64,000 nucleotides of DNA, from assembly GCA_028023455.1 (NCBI GenBank), contig JAQFVV010000001.1, positions 7,812,001 to 7,876,000 of the forward strand. The letters are read 5' to 3'. Of the stretch, positions 30,201 through 40,712 are shown in pieces. A program made the position numbers and the translations under genes. The stretch's first letter is position 1, and the number at the start of each line of letters is the position of its first letter. This stretch comes from Epiperipatus broadwayi. Lineage: Eukaryota > Animalia > Onychophora. The notes under the pieces are model-generated. The model was not told the origin of the DNA, ran no database searches, and was given only the letters and a program-made list of their open reading frames with translations.

Positions 30201-33200
30201 TATATAGATTTTGTTTACTCCCTCAGCAAGTGATCTGATTAACACACCACCCGATTCAATATATATATATGGGCAAGGTTCAACTTAATCAATAAGAGAT
30301 ACGTTTGGCTAATTAATTCGGGAAATAATAACTGTAAAAGAAATTTTTCTTTTACATGCTTTAAAATCTTTTAGTTTTTTACCTTTTTTTTCTCTTCCAA
30401 AAACAACGTTTACCACCATATACATGTATGCCAATTAAAATATTTACCTATACCCATCATTCCAGCAAATATACGTGCATTTGTCTGTGTGACTTTTCCA
30501 ATAATAATTATAAAATAATAATAATAATAAAAATTATCTAAAATCTACATTTTCTCTCCCTTTGTAACAGGGTTTGAACCCAGCTACTGTTACATTATTA
30601 TGTTTAGATGGTGTGTTTGTGTTTACTCTTGCTTGTTGTATAACAAGTAATGATTTACATACATAAAGCAGTGCAATGTAAATTTTAAAAATATAATCAA
30701 ATGTACAGAAAGGTTGCAGTTGATAAAGCATTCACAAAATTTACTGGGCATAGTACCATGTGAAAATATGAACACTTAAAAACAATAAGAGAGATTTTAA
30801 ATAATGTTTGTGTAATAGTATCCACAATGGTTATGCATATACCACATGGAATTGTATGCAGACAAAGAATCATTCTGATTCTTGCCTATGCCTTGATACA
30901 CATGCTGTGGAGTCAGTTTTGCCATATCTTGCATTGAATTATTTTCAACTCTATAGCTAGAAAGTGAGCTATATGCAAATAAATTATATCTTTATGAGAC
31001 AATAAATATAACAAGATAGCATCATTAATGTGTATAAAGAATATAAACAAAATGAAGAGATGAAACTCATTTTATCAGTGATATAGACAGTAGCCTACAA
31101 TTTCTAGTTTTAGATAGACAAGAAGCCAATTGCTATGATGATAAATGCATATCTATCTTCTGGAAATGATTTGTTTTGTATCTTTTATTAAGATGAATCT
31201 TTTTCTTATAGATGCCTTTGAAATTTGGTAACTTTTGGGGGTATAAGATAAAAATGAAGAATTCATATGCGACTTGTTTTGGAGATTCTGAAGCTATGGA
31301 TTATCTCAGGTAAGAAGTATTATATATGGTTTGAAAGATAATTTTGCAAGGAATACAAAGAAATTATCACTGAAGATGTAATTTAAAGTTAGTTCATGAT
31401 AAATTAGAAATTATGAACAAACAATAAAGTAATAATTATTTCGGATGTTGAAAATTTATTTTTCCTTATTTTTTAAATGATTATCACTATTTGTCTTAGA
31501 TTTATTGTTTTCCTTTGTTTTTCTAGTTTCTAATAATGTAATTTTTTTTGCTCTAACATGATTAAAACTGAAGTTATTGTGAAAATTGTGTCTCAGGTCA
31601 GTTTTTAAAAAATTCAATATGGCACCTGAAAACTGCACTAGTTAAAAGACAGATTCAAATTAAGATAAAAATAAACAATGAGAGAGTTAAGATATAAAAG
31701 AGTAACTTGGTTACTGTTCTTTTGTCGGGTTTGTGATAAACAATCAGGATTGCTATTAGTGTTATTGATTACAGTTTGCATTGCTATTAGTCTAGTCAAT
31801 TCGGATTATTATTATTCAGTTCGGACAGAATGCAGAATATTCGGAAATTGTAAACACAATAGTAAAACAGTCATTACTGTTGCAGTCAACATTAATGCAA
31901 AAGCTGCATTAGTCATAGGAATATCCGATAGGGCTTCATGCCCCAAACCCTCAACTATCCCACCTGAATCAATACCTGGAACCAATCCTGAGATTGTGAA
32001 GAAGCTGCTACATACTCTCTCTCCCCCCATTGTTCAGCAGAAATCTATAAAAGGAAGGCCATGAAACCATCGATGGAGAACCAAAAAGCCAACTGGTAGA
32101 AAAATATACACAAATGAAATCCTAGGTAAAGTTACTTCAATTAACTAAATACAATTGATTTTAAATAAAATGAACTTTAACGAAGGACTATTATAATTAT
32201 AGCCTAAAGTTATCAATTATATTTTCTTGTGTAAAACTCATTGTTATATTATGTTAAATATATGTGTGCATAATTAAATAATAATGCTTGTTTGTTATTT
32301 TGTCTATTTTCTCTCTCTCTCTCTCTTGTCCCTACACCACCAGTAAATTAGTATAGAATTATTAAATAAATGCACTGGAAAAGAATGAGCTAGCCTGGGA
32401 TATGTCAAGCGCTGGATTGTATGCCTGTCATGCCGACTACATAACATATGATTGGCTGGCACTAGAGTTTAATCTTCAAAACAAATAAAATGCTTTGGAT
32501 GGCAAGGATTTGTTCCAGCAGTCGAGGTGGGCCATGATCAGCAAATATGGTCGTGTTATGCTTTGAATAGCTTGATCTGGCTGTGGGAATCATTGATGGT
32601 TATGCTATCAATGGTATTCTTCCCTCTGCTTGAAGGGTCGGTCCATTCCCGTGTTTTTAAAATTATTATAAAAGGTATTTAAACCCGGTTAAATAAATAC
32701 AACTTCAAGGGACTCGGTTTAATATATATATATTTTTATAACATATATTGGTATCATAATTGACTGTAAAGATGGATTCTTCCAATCTTTACACAATATA
32801 TATATATATATTAGTTATTAAATAAATATGCAATTATTTCTTATTTTTATGTTATTATAATTATCATAATATATACATAATAATTAGTTCTGCTCTTAAA
32901 TTTTATTTTGCCTTTAGATACGATTATCATATTTGTATTTGTTACTTCTTATATCTTATTCTGTGGTTATTTCTCAATGTTATTTTTGAATAAAATTATG
33001 TTCTGTAAGAATATTATCAAATTTTATGTTAGGAGGGCAGTAGACATATTGTAATCTCTCCAAAATATGTTGAAGTGGGGGGGGGGGGTAACAAAAGAAG
33101 GTTGAAGATCCCCTGCTCTAGAGCGAAAAAATGCAAAAAAAATGGCAATTATATTATAATTATTAAAAATAAAAAGCTAAAGGGTGTATATTTTTGAGAA

Positions 33201-36200
33201 AATAATTGAATTCTTAATAAACATAATAAATTTAACTATTGCTTTTGTATTTTTTAATGTAAATCCTACTTAACAATAAAAAAGAAGACTATTTCACTAG
33301 CTATAACTAGTATTAATATAATCTTCTATCATTGGTGTAGATAATCTACAGACACTTAAAGAAGTCATCAATTCTTTATTAAAACATTAAATTTCTAATT
33401 TTGTATCTTTTTATAAAAATACTGTGGCAGTTAAAAAAAAGATATTTCTTCAAAACATATAGTTTAAAAAAAATTCTAAAAGTATTATTATGTATGAAAA
33501 TGAGGGGAAAAACAATTTCTATACTTGATTAAATATTCCAGAATTAATATGAAGGGGGTGCATTTTAAAGCAAATTTATATATTTTCCAATATCTTCAGT
33601 TCATTCTGAGTGTTTTTAAAAATGTTATAATTTTTACAGGTATAGATGTTATTACTATAATTTTTTAACAACAAATATATCATTTAATTTCCAGTGTATG
33701 ATGAAAGTGACTTCATAGACAATGTACAAATAATACTACTTATATATGAGATTGGGGACTAACCATTTTATATCTTAAAAGATTTCTCAATATTCAATTT
33801 ATAAGTATATATAGGGAGCATACCAATAACTCAAATAAGCTCTTATTTAATAAGTGCAGTAAGAGAAAATATTTAAAATCTTTATCTAGAATATTCCTAT
33901 CCCCAGACCAATTGGTTTCGAGCTTATGGCTCACCACAGTGAGGAGCTAGAACATTCAGACCCTAGATCCAAAATACAAGCATTTTAAAAGCAATGTCAC
34001 ATTGTATATGACTTGCTTTAATGATTTTATATATTAATATATATTAAACCATAAATTACTGATAACTAATTGGCTGCAAATATAATTCACAGCACAGTAG
34101 CCAAAGCTTAATAAACTAATAGAAAATCCATAATTTGTTGTGAAAGTAACTTCCATGGATAAAAAATAGACTCCTCTACCATCTTTTACCTTGATTTAAA
34201 ATCTTTAAGTAAATGAAGAGTTAAGATATGACTATAACAAATTGAGATTTTGATCTGCATTGAAATTTTAAATAAATCTCATTCAACAGGCAAAGATAAA
34301 CTGCTTGGAAGAAGATTAATAAATAATTATTTTTATAACCTTTCAAACAAATTCCTATTCAATACTTTAGATATAATAAACTGTAAGTTGCCAATAGCTG
34401 TTTTCTAAATATAATTCACAGTTTTAACAGCCAAAGTTTAAGAATCAATAAAATGTCCACAATTTATTTTCAATACAAACTCAATAGATTCCTCGACCAA
34501 GATCTTCGATTAGATAAAGAGTGAAGACACATAGTTTGTAGCAAATTGAGAATGTCTTACTTATAGAGATTACTTTGAAAACAAATTGTGAATATTCTAT
34601 TGGTTTATTAAATTTTGGTTGTTGTGCTATGAATTACATTTGGAAACCAGTTAACTATTTGGCAATTTGTAGTTTATTATATCTAAAATATTGAGTAGGA
34701 GTTTGTTTAAAAAGTTGTAAAAATGATTATCTATCTTTAGGCAGTTTACCTTTGTCTGCTGAATGGAATTTATTTAAAACTTCAAGGCAAATTAAAATCT
34801 CAAAATCTAATACAGTCATATGTCTACACTCTTTATTTAAAGATCCTAGACCAGGGTAAAAGATAGAAGAATCCATCTTTTATCAAGTGGTTGTCTTGAC
34901 AATTGATTTATTAAGCTTTGGCTATTGTGCAGTGTATTATATGTATATTTATATAAATATAATGGAACACAGTCATCCTTAAAGGATTGCTGAAATAAGT
35001 CTTTAGCTACATCCTTTAATGCAGTACCACAATTAATGCTATTTTCACAATTGTTATATCTACATATAAAAACTGCCAACTTTTTGTTCAATTTTAATGA
35101 CTGATAAAATAAAAAGGTCATAAATGTAACTTTATCAAAACAATTTCACAACCTTGATTACCTTAGGTGCAATCACTTCACAATAAAGACATACATTCAG
35201 ACCAGGAATGGAAAAATCACAATACTTTTCATAGTTTGCAAAGTACTGCATTAGATTGTCTATATTGAATTTTGGTCAATAAGAGAAGTTGATAACAAAT
35301 GAAAACAGATAATTAATATTTTATTCTAATAACAAATTCTGTTCACAATATTACTAGCTGATTAAATATTACAATGCAAATAAGATTAACCTTTTTTCTT
35401 AATGCATATGTTGGTAGAAACTAAACTTTATGAACCACAATTAATGGAAATAAATTTCTGTAAAAACTCAAACTGTTTGTTATTAAACCTTTGCACAATA
35501 GAGGAACTGATCATCATATGTTCATTTTTTAGATAACAATAAATTGCTATAAAAATTTAATTGCTTCCACCCTCTTTTAAAACAATGGCAATCTATGGAT
35601 TATATTATAGTTAAAGGTCAAAATGTAAAAAAAAAGTCAATATATATGGTCAGATTACAAATTAATATGCTTCAAAGTTAAATTGCCAGCAGAATTAAAA
35701 AATAAACTCTAGGAAAAGAAATTGATATTTGTTATTTAGAAGCAACTGCTGTTTGTGTAAATTTTTAAGAGCTGTTAAACACTAATATTGAAGAATAATA
35801 TTCTCTTTAAAAATATGATATGAATAAATTTGTTTTGGGTTCTCTAAAAAAAAAAAAACTTCAGGCAACTCTGACTGAATAAGTGATGAAATGAAAATGA
35901 TTGTAATCATTTTTTAAGTATTATAAAAAATATATCACACTCCTATTAAATAATCAAATAATATCCATTTATAAGAATAGAATTTTGAATAAATAATCTA
36001 AGAATTTAGTGATCTTGTTGATTCATTTACATTTCAAGATATTTAGCTTGAAATGAGCTAGTTGAGACATTTAATAGAATCTTAGGAGAAAATTTTTAAA
36101 TGCCAGTTTCAAAACTATTGAATGAATAGTTTAGGAATATTTGAAATTATGACATTGTCCACCTGAATAAAATTTAACATATTTCAAATGTGAAAAATAA

Positions 36201-38003
36201 TGACGATAAAAAAGATTGCAGTAATTATTGTGGAATCTCACTGATGTCCATTAAGGCAAAAATCCTTTTAAAATGAGTGGTTACTAGTTTGTAGGATTAA
36301 GAAACATTGTAGATAGGATTTTTGTTATTAGACAAAAAAAAGACAATGCCAAAAAGAAATTTGGTTTGTTTAAGTTAATTTTATTCTTTATTTTCTAATA
36401 GTGTTTTTATATTATTTATATATATATATATTGTATTTAGTGTATAAATTTGACAAAGTTAATCAAGATTTGTAGCAGAAATTAAAAATAGCTGTTTGAC
36501 CAAAAAAGTTTATTCATTATTGCGTAGCTGCAACATAATGGCATGAAAAAAAATCATTATTATTTATTAGCAGTGAAAAATTAAAGACATTTGAAATTAA
36601 AATTTGTCAGTGATTTTTGGAAGTGGCTTTACAAACAGGAATAAAGATGTGATATAGGTTTTTGATTTGAATCAATTAGCAAAAACTTAAATCTTCATAG
36701 TTTCTAGATTTGTAATATGCTAATATTGTAGTATTAATGCTAATCTAAAAGATTTATAAAATATTTAAAATATAAATTATAATTTGATTTAATATTAAAT
36801 GTTTTTTAAAAAAAAATCAGGTACTTTTACTACAAGTTAAAAAATATAGTATTTCATTAAAGTGATACAACTATTTTGACAAAATTAGTTATATACTGGA
36901 TTATTTACAAATTTATTCCATGAAAATATAATTAAAGTTGCTCTATAATATTTTGAAAATATGATGACAAGATTAATTAATATGCATTTTATCTTGCCAG
37001 ATATGATAATATTAAATTTACAAATGTAAATTATTTTTATTTTTAAGGATGAGTATAACTTTCATGAGATTATCTCAGTGATATTCTAAATAGATATAAT
37101 TTTGATTGATTTTACTAGGAAAATATAATCAAAAATATAATAGATCAGAAAGGTGCTACAGATGAGATTAAAAAACATTATCATAAAATTTTAGATGTAT
37201 TAAAAAATAAATTTGAAATATGAGGACATAGTAGTAGATGCATTGGGTTATATAATCATCATAAAATTTATTTCTAACTTTCATTTTGATCTCTGAGTTT
37301 ATTTTGGTTTTAGCTGGAATTTGACTATATACATTTATGAATGGCTGCATAATAAATTAAAGAACATATGCATGTGAAGTATAAATTTATTTTGCAAATA
37401 ATTATAATGAAAAATCTACATTTGGAGCAGAGTGGGAGGCATTTCATTGCCAGAATAAAAACCATGGGGTTAAATTAAAATTTTAATTAGAGTTGTATTG
37501 TTTTCTTTAAATATTTACATATTTAAAAGCTCCTAACATATTCTTTAAAAAATTAATCATTTAAAAATTTTAAAGATTCATTAATTCTCTTATAAGGAAG
37601 CTCAAATTATTATATTAAATTGTGATAACAAATATCAATAATTATCTCAACCTGCTTTCAGAAAATAACTATATATACATGCATTCATAAATACATAGTT
37701 CAACTGTTTAAAATCTTTTTTTTTTTTTTTGCCATTCACACAAGCATAACCAGGTAAATAAAAAAGAAAAATCTCACCATTAAATACATTTTTAACTAAA
37801 GAAGCAATGGTTAACTGATAAACTTCTTCTTGGAGAGTATCTGGTCCAAAGACATAATCATATGTAAAAGCTTTATCTTTCCCTACAATCACTTGAGATG
37901 ATTCAGGCAAAAATTCCAAACATATTTGACAGCCTTCACCAATTTCCTTTTGAATCAATGGTCTACAGCGCAATGCAACTTTAACAGGAATGACATCTGA
38001 CAT
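153..38003 (-). CDS. KIF4: Chromosome-associated kinesin (kinesin-4 / KIF4-like), 5' part of a spliced gene: six coding exons, continues beyond the left window edge
   Basis: Joined exons give one uninterrupted frame: [16 protein letters not shown]...[20 protein letters not shown] (P-loop)...[10 protein letters not shown]...[14 protein letters not shown] (switch I)...[15 protein letters not shown] (switch II)...[14 protein letters not shown]...[14 protein letters not shown]. The N-terminus ([16 protein letters not shown]) and [13 protein letters not shown] are typical of the kinesin-4 family. All introns are GT-AG with compatible phases (1,0,0,2,1). Confidence 0.93.
457..551 (-). CDS. KIF4: KIF4-like coding exon 5 ([31 protein letters not shown])
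   Basis: 95 nt; switch II DLAGSE; acceptor TTTATTTTAG, donor G|GTTAGA. Confidence 0.94.
1900..3000 (-). mobile_element. Heavily degraded RTE-type LINE reverse transcriptase fragment
   Basis: Broken minus-strand frames read [31 protein letters not shown] and [22 protein letters not shown]. These match, in order, motifs of the LINE at 21.7-24.6 kb. Boundaries approximate. Confidence 0.6.
3899..4176 (+). repeat. ~134-bp tandem duplication (2 copies; diverged partial third copy at ~4605-4695)
   Basis: GGGGGAACTGATG.TAATTTGCAG.AT.ATCTGATAAGATCCCTGTTCTGGGATAAAATACTGTATAG is repeated with a period of 134. Confidence 0.9.
6113..7955 (+). mobile_element. CpG-rich LTR-like element (ends uncertain)
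   Basis: Higher GC and CpG than the flanks; starts after a (TA)n run; TATAAATAG at ~6459 followed by TTCAG ~30 nt later; possible end ...CTGTCACA. No TSD confirmed. Confidence 0.35.
10640..11190. repeat. MITE/pLTR-like element with ~100-bp inverted repeats enclosing a hammerhead motif
   Basis: AAAGCAATGATAGTTGCCAGATGACAATGC (~10703) is the near reverse complement of GCACTGTCATCTGGCAACTATCACTGCTTT (~11124). Confidence 0.65.
11044..11085 (+). ncRNA. Degenerate minimal hammerhead ribozyme motif (C17 missing)
   Basis: CTCA-CTGATGA-AAGC(CATAA)GCTT-GAAA-CTAG-T-TGAG. Core and stem II are intact; the cleavage nucleotide is absent relative to the copies at 21.0 and 21.5 kb. Confidence 0.6.
11456..12020. 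repeat. Foldback/MITE palindrome: arms ~11462-11680 and ~11765-12013, ~85-nt spacer
   Basis: TTACAACTTGC..TTGCGCAAACAAGTGAAGCTCAATATCAAGAGAATTATCAGGCTGAG reads from both ends inward; no TSD identified. Confidence 0.85.
12084..12253 (-). CDS. KIF4: KIF4-like coding exon 4 (IAGLQEII...[15 protein letters not shown]...VLDD)
   Basis: 170 nt; switch I motif NxxSSRSH; acceptor TTTTTAG, donor GG|GTAAAG. Confidence 0.94.
12880..13420 (-). mobile_element. Degraded 3' fragment of an RTE-like LINE
   Basis: Broken frames resemble the post-RT region (KEI..IGK.RQA; LR*..H...NENRIPR...GRPKG). Many stops. Confidence 0.45.
14875..15100 (-). mobile_element. Old 3'-end fragment of the same RTE family as 21.7-24.6 kb
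   Basis: Minus frame [14 protein letters not shown]...FMQW versus [14 protein letters not shown]...FILQW in the near-intact copy. Confidence 0.65.
16183..16746. repeat. Near-spacerless AT-rich palindrome, ~280-bp arms, 6-nt loop at 16463-16468
   Basis: Centre CCCTATAATTATT-TAATTT-AATAATTATAGGG; the arms align as reverse complements out to AATTTCA..TATATACAACAAACC. Confidence 0.9.
17369..17408 (-). ncRNA. Degenerate minimal hammerhead ribozyme (GAAA>AAAA)
   Basis: Minus strand: CAA-CTGATGA-GTGCTGATCCATAC-AAAA-TACGTG-TA-TTGG. Confidence 0.55.
17588..17629 (+). ncRNA. Near-canonical minimal hammerhead ribozyme
   Basis: CCAA-CTGATGA-GTGCTG(ATT)CAGCAA-GAAA-TATGTA-TA-TTGG. Stem I CCAA/TTGG, intact core, AUA cleavage triplet, near-palindromic stem III; the stem II closing pair is G.A instead of G-C. 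Confidence 0.7.
21014..21052 (-). ncRNA. Minimal hammerhead motif with intact core (stem II closing pair A.A)
   Basis: Minus strand: CTCA-CTGATGA-AAGC(CACAA)GCTA-GAAA-CTAG-TC-TGGA; GUC triplet, palindromic CTAG stem III. Confidence 0.6.
21521..21559 (+). ncRNA. Degenerate minimal hammerhead motif (C3>U)
   Basis: CCTCA-TTGATGA-AAGC(CATAA)GCTA-GAAA-CTAG-TC-TGTG. Confidence 0.5.
21740..24575 (+). mobile_element. RTE-type non-LTR retrotransposon, single APE endonuclease + RT ORF, near full length but inactivated; antisense in KIF4 intron 3
   Basis: APE motifs [35 protein letters not shown] motifs [49 protein letters not shown]. In-frame TAA at 23180-23182 and a 1-nt deletion at ~23272 (FKKGD) explain the two track ORFs. 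Tail GATAATGATGATAATG. No TSD found. Confidence 0.95.
27490..27579 (-). CDS. KIF4: KIF4-like coding exon 3 ([30 protein letters not shown])
   Basis: 90 nt, below the ORF-track cutoff; acceptor TTCTTATTTAG, donor AAA|GTAAGT; an 84-nt intron separates it from exon 2. Confidence 0.92.
27664..27857 (-). CDS. KIF4: KIF4-like coding exon 2 (P-loop GQTGSGKT)
   Basis: 194 nt; acceptor CAG at 27860-27858; donor GAA|GTGAGT at 27663. Confidence 0.95.
28394..30258 (+). mobile_element. 1865-bp solo-LTR-like element in a (TA)n tract
   Basis: ATAT|TGTAACG...CCGATTCA|ATAT; TATA-like CATAAATA at 29080, TCAGT repeats downstream, donor-like CCTAG|GTAAT at 29475; no ORF. Confidence 0.6.
30270..32795 (+). mobile_element. 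~2.5-kb LTR-like element or composite, adjacent to the previous one
   Basis: Bounded by (AT)n on both sides with TG...CA ends; TATAAAAG at 31693; CCTAG|GTAAA at 32126; patchy similarity to the 28394 element after the donor. An internal (TA)n at ~32722 suggests it may be composite. Confidence 0.45.
33901..33945 (-). ncRNA. Degenerate hammerhead motif (core damaged)
   Basis: Minus strand: CCTCA-CTGTGGT-GAGC(CATAA)GCTC-GAAA-CCAATTGG-TC-TGGGG. Stems I-III and GUC are present, stem III is a perfect palindrome, CUGAUGA is altered. Confidence 0.5.
34050..34945. repeat. ~330-bp unit present as ~1.5 tandem copies (+) and one inverted copy (-)
   Basis: AATTCACAG....AGCCAAAG recurs at 34084 and 34413. 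The reverse complement of 34600-34930 aligns to 34084-34440 (TTTTAAATAAAT..CATTCA.CAG.CAAAG.TAAACTGC; TTTAGATATAATAAACT). Confidence 0.75.
37778..38003 (-). CDS. KIF4: KIF4-like coding exon 1 (ATG at 38003; MSDVIP...VKNVFN-G)
   Basis: 226 nt coding. Donor G|GTGAG at 37777. An acceptor (TTTTTTACCAG|AAATG) lies 2 nt before the ATG, so a non-coding upstream exon is implied. Confidence 0.93.
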
Positions 38004-40623
38004 TTCTGGTAAAAAAATATATATATACTTTTTAATTTTATAAAAACTAAATAAACAAAAAGCTTAAATTAACTAAAAACATATATCACAACATTATCTA
38101 TATATCAACTGCTTCATTTTCAGTTACAATACTTTACTTTAAGATATTAATGCTAACATCTAGCAATGTTTTCTAAATTCGCGTATTAGATTTTGTTTCA
38201 ACAACCTTGCACTCTCTCTGGAATTATTACCATTTATCACAAAAAAATATTTTTTAGCACAGAGAAACTTTTTCAAGCTGCTCTTTAAAATAGGTACTAT
38301 CTAATAGTTCTATAATGGTAATTAATTATTTTGGACAAAGTTGTAGATATTTTATGTGCATGCAGAATAATATGTAAACAATTTGAAGAATACCAATCTC
38401 TCCAAATTATTCAAGTAAACTACAGATTCTAAAATTATTTAAATCAAATAAATAGAAAATCCATAGAATATGTGAAAACGATCTTCATTTTTTTCCAAAA
38501 TAATTTTTTGGCCATGAGAATTATAGTAATTGAGGAATTTATTATCTCGAAAAAATGTTATCTGGAAACAATATTTACACCACAGGTTAAATCTGGTATT
38601 CTAGTTTCAAATAGCCAGCACTTATAACATATTTATGCACAATAAAGACTAAACTAGAAAATATATTGCTTCTCAAATCATAATTCACAATGTTTCAACA
38701 GATAGGAGAAAGCAAGATCAATATGACATTTGTGGTGATATCCACATTAGCTTTCAAACTGTTGTTACAAAGTATAAGCAATGATACATCTGATCACGTT
38801 ACATGCCTCCAGTTATTTCATTTAGCACTTATGCTCAAGACACTACTGTTTTAGTGTTTGTAGTATTCACAGAAGAAATCAATGGGTTTAAAATTGCAGC
38901 TTCTCATAAATATTTTGTTTTAGTAAGCAATAGAATTTTTGTTTTTTCACAAGGACTTTTATAATCAAAAAGCAAGAACTCCAGTGCTTATTAAAACAAG
39001 CAGATCATTTATAACAAACCTTTCTCAGTAAATTTAAATTTCTGATATCTGGCTTTTGCAGATTGCATTTCTGTTTCAGTGAATGCAATCATCAGTCTTT
39101 AAAACAGAATCTTAAGTATTAATTGCATTAGCAATTTATTAAGTGCTACATTTGATCCATCATAAACACAGAAAGTTTTGATATGTACTCACAGGTTTAT
39201 GAATAAATGTTGACTTTCTGACATATATTCCCTAGGGATCTATCTGTACACACAATTTTTTATATCAGTATAATTCCATATTGTATGCTATATGATATCA
39301 AGAAATATAATATTTAAATTCTCATGTGAAATAGAGCTACAGTAATTTAATCTATCATCTATTTAATGTCAATATATATCTTTCTAAATTACTTCATCTA
39401 TACTTTTTGAAGTTATTCTAGGTCTTCATAAGAGCATCCAAATCATATTTAGTTTAGAGTTTACTTTAAATATGTTTTGTTCTTTATAGTTTATAATACA
39501 TACATTGTGCCTTTGTAATTGATGACACATTAATTTTTAACATTCTGTTGAATAAGTTTTTGCAATTTTCTTTCTACTGTTCATTCATTTATTAGTATTC
39601 TCAACCATCACAAGCTCAAAAATATGCAATAGTGCATATTTATAGCTTCTGAGATGACCAATCAGTTAATTTTTAAATTTCATGTTCATGCAAATCAGTC
39701 TTTGTATCTGAAAAGATTTATGATTATATTTTAACTTGTAATTTTGAATATCTTGATATGTATTCTGATTTTGATGTGTTCTGCACCTTTATTTCAGGTC
39801 TTTAAGTTTCCCAAATGTCATATTTTGTCCAACATTGTTGACTGTCAATGTTAAACTATATGACAGCAGTGACATAAAATTTAATCATTTATTTGCTAGG
39901 TTCAAGCTTCATTAATTAGATACTATCCTTCCTTACATAGAGCAGATACAAGCCCCCATACAATCTGGATCTTTCAAGACAGTTGATAGCAAGCTTATGG
40001 ATATCCTTGATTTACAATATAAGTTTTAAAATCTTTAATTTAATATACAAATATAAAATGTTGATTATTACACCATTTCAACATTTTCATATCTGAAGTT
40101 TTTATCACATTTCAAACTCTACAACTTAAATTACCTATTATAATAATTAAGAGGATCCTTCAAATTAAATTTTTTATTTTAAACAAATATGCCTAATTTT
40201 TTAAGAAGTATTCAATAGCTAAGATAATCATCATTATAGTAAAGATTAGAATATATTTCTCTATTATTAAAAATAGTTTTGATCCTTAAAAGATCACTAA
40301 ATATTTTTTATTTCATTTAAAAAATGCAGTAATTATTAAATAGACAACATAAACATTTAAAGCAATGATTATTTTTCTAAGTGATAGTATAAATCAGATA
40401 ATAAAATAGAAAACGTGCATAAATTACAATACTTTAGTAAGTTTTTGTTGAAAGATGAATACTTAAAAGAGCTCCCAAATTTACTGAGTTTAATCATTTA
40501 CTCATTTATAAATATTTTTTAAAGCTACAGATACCAAATTTGCAACTTATTGTTCCAAACTAGTTCTTTGATCATGAATTTAAATTAAACAAATTATATA
40601 TATGTATATTTTCATATGTCAAA

Positions 40624-40712
40624 GCATCAGCCGGGAAGCGAACCTGTGACAACCGTCTGCAAGCAACTGCTTGCTTGCAAGGCAGCTGCGCTGACCTCTC
40701 AGCTACCAACAC
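40624..40712 (-). mobile_element. tRNA-derived SINE head / tRNA pseudogene (Ala-TGC-like)
   Basis: Minus strand: A-box-like GGTAGCTGAGAGGTCAGCGC, loop CTTGCAA, B-box-like GGTTCGCTTCCCGG; ~25 extra nt in the variable region; no CCA. Confidence 0.55.

Larger units (their letters stand above)
28160..33123 (+). mobile_element. hAT (Charlie-type) 3' remnant interrupted by two nested LTR-like inserts
   Basis: 28160-28350 encodes [23 protein letters not shown]...FLTK (hAT C-terminal dimerisation motif). After the inserts the sequence ends ...AAGGTTGAAGATCCCCTG (33115), a CAGGGG-type TIR, followed by CTCTAGAG, the NTCTAGAN target typical of Charlie elements. Left end not found. Confidence 0.7.

Noticed and set aside
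31212-31309. Plus-strand exon-like segment (TTCTTATAG...CTCAG|GTAAG) with an open frame [10 protein letters not shown]...
   Set aside because: Lies inside an LTR-like repeat, has no partner exons and no recognisable protein.
31678-32064. 128-aa ATG ORF with a hydrophobic stretch (possible env or secreted peptide)
   Set aside because: Overlaps the TATA/initiator region of an LTR-like element; no motif support.
38160-39900. Possible ancient transposon coding relic upstream of the KIF4 ATG exon
   Set aside because: No diagnostic motif could be read in any frame.
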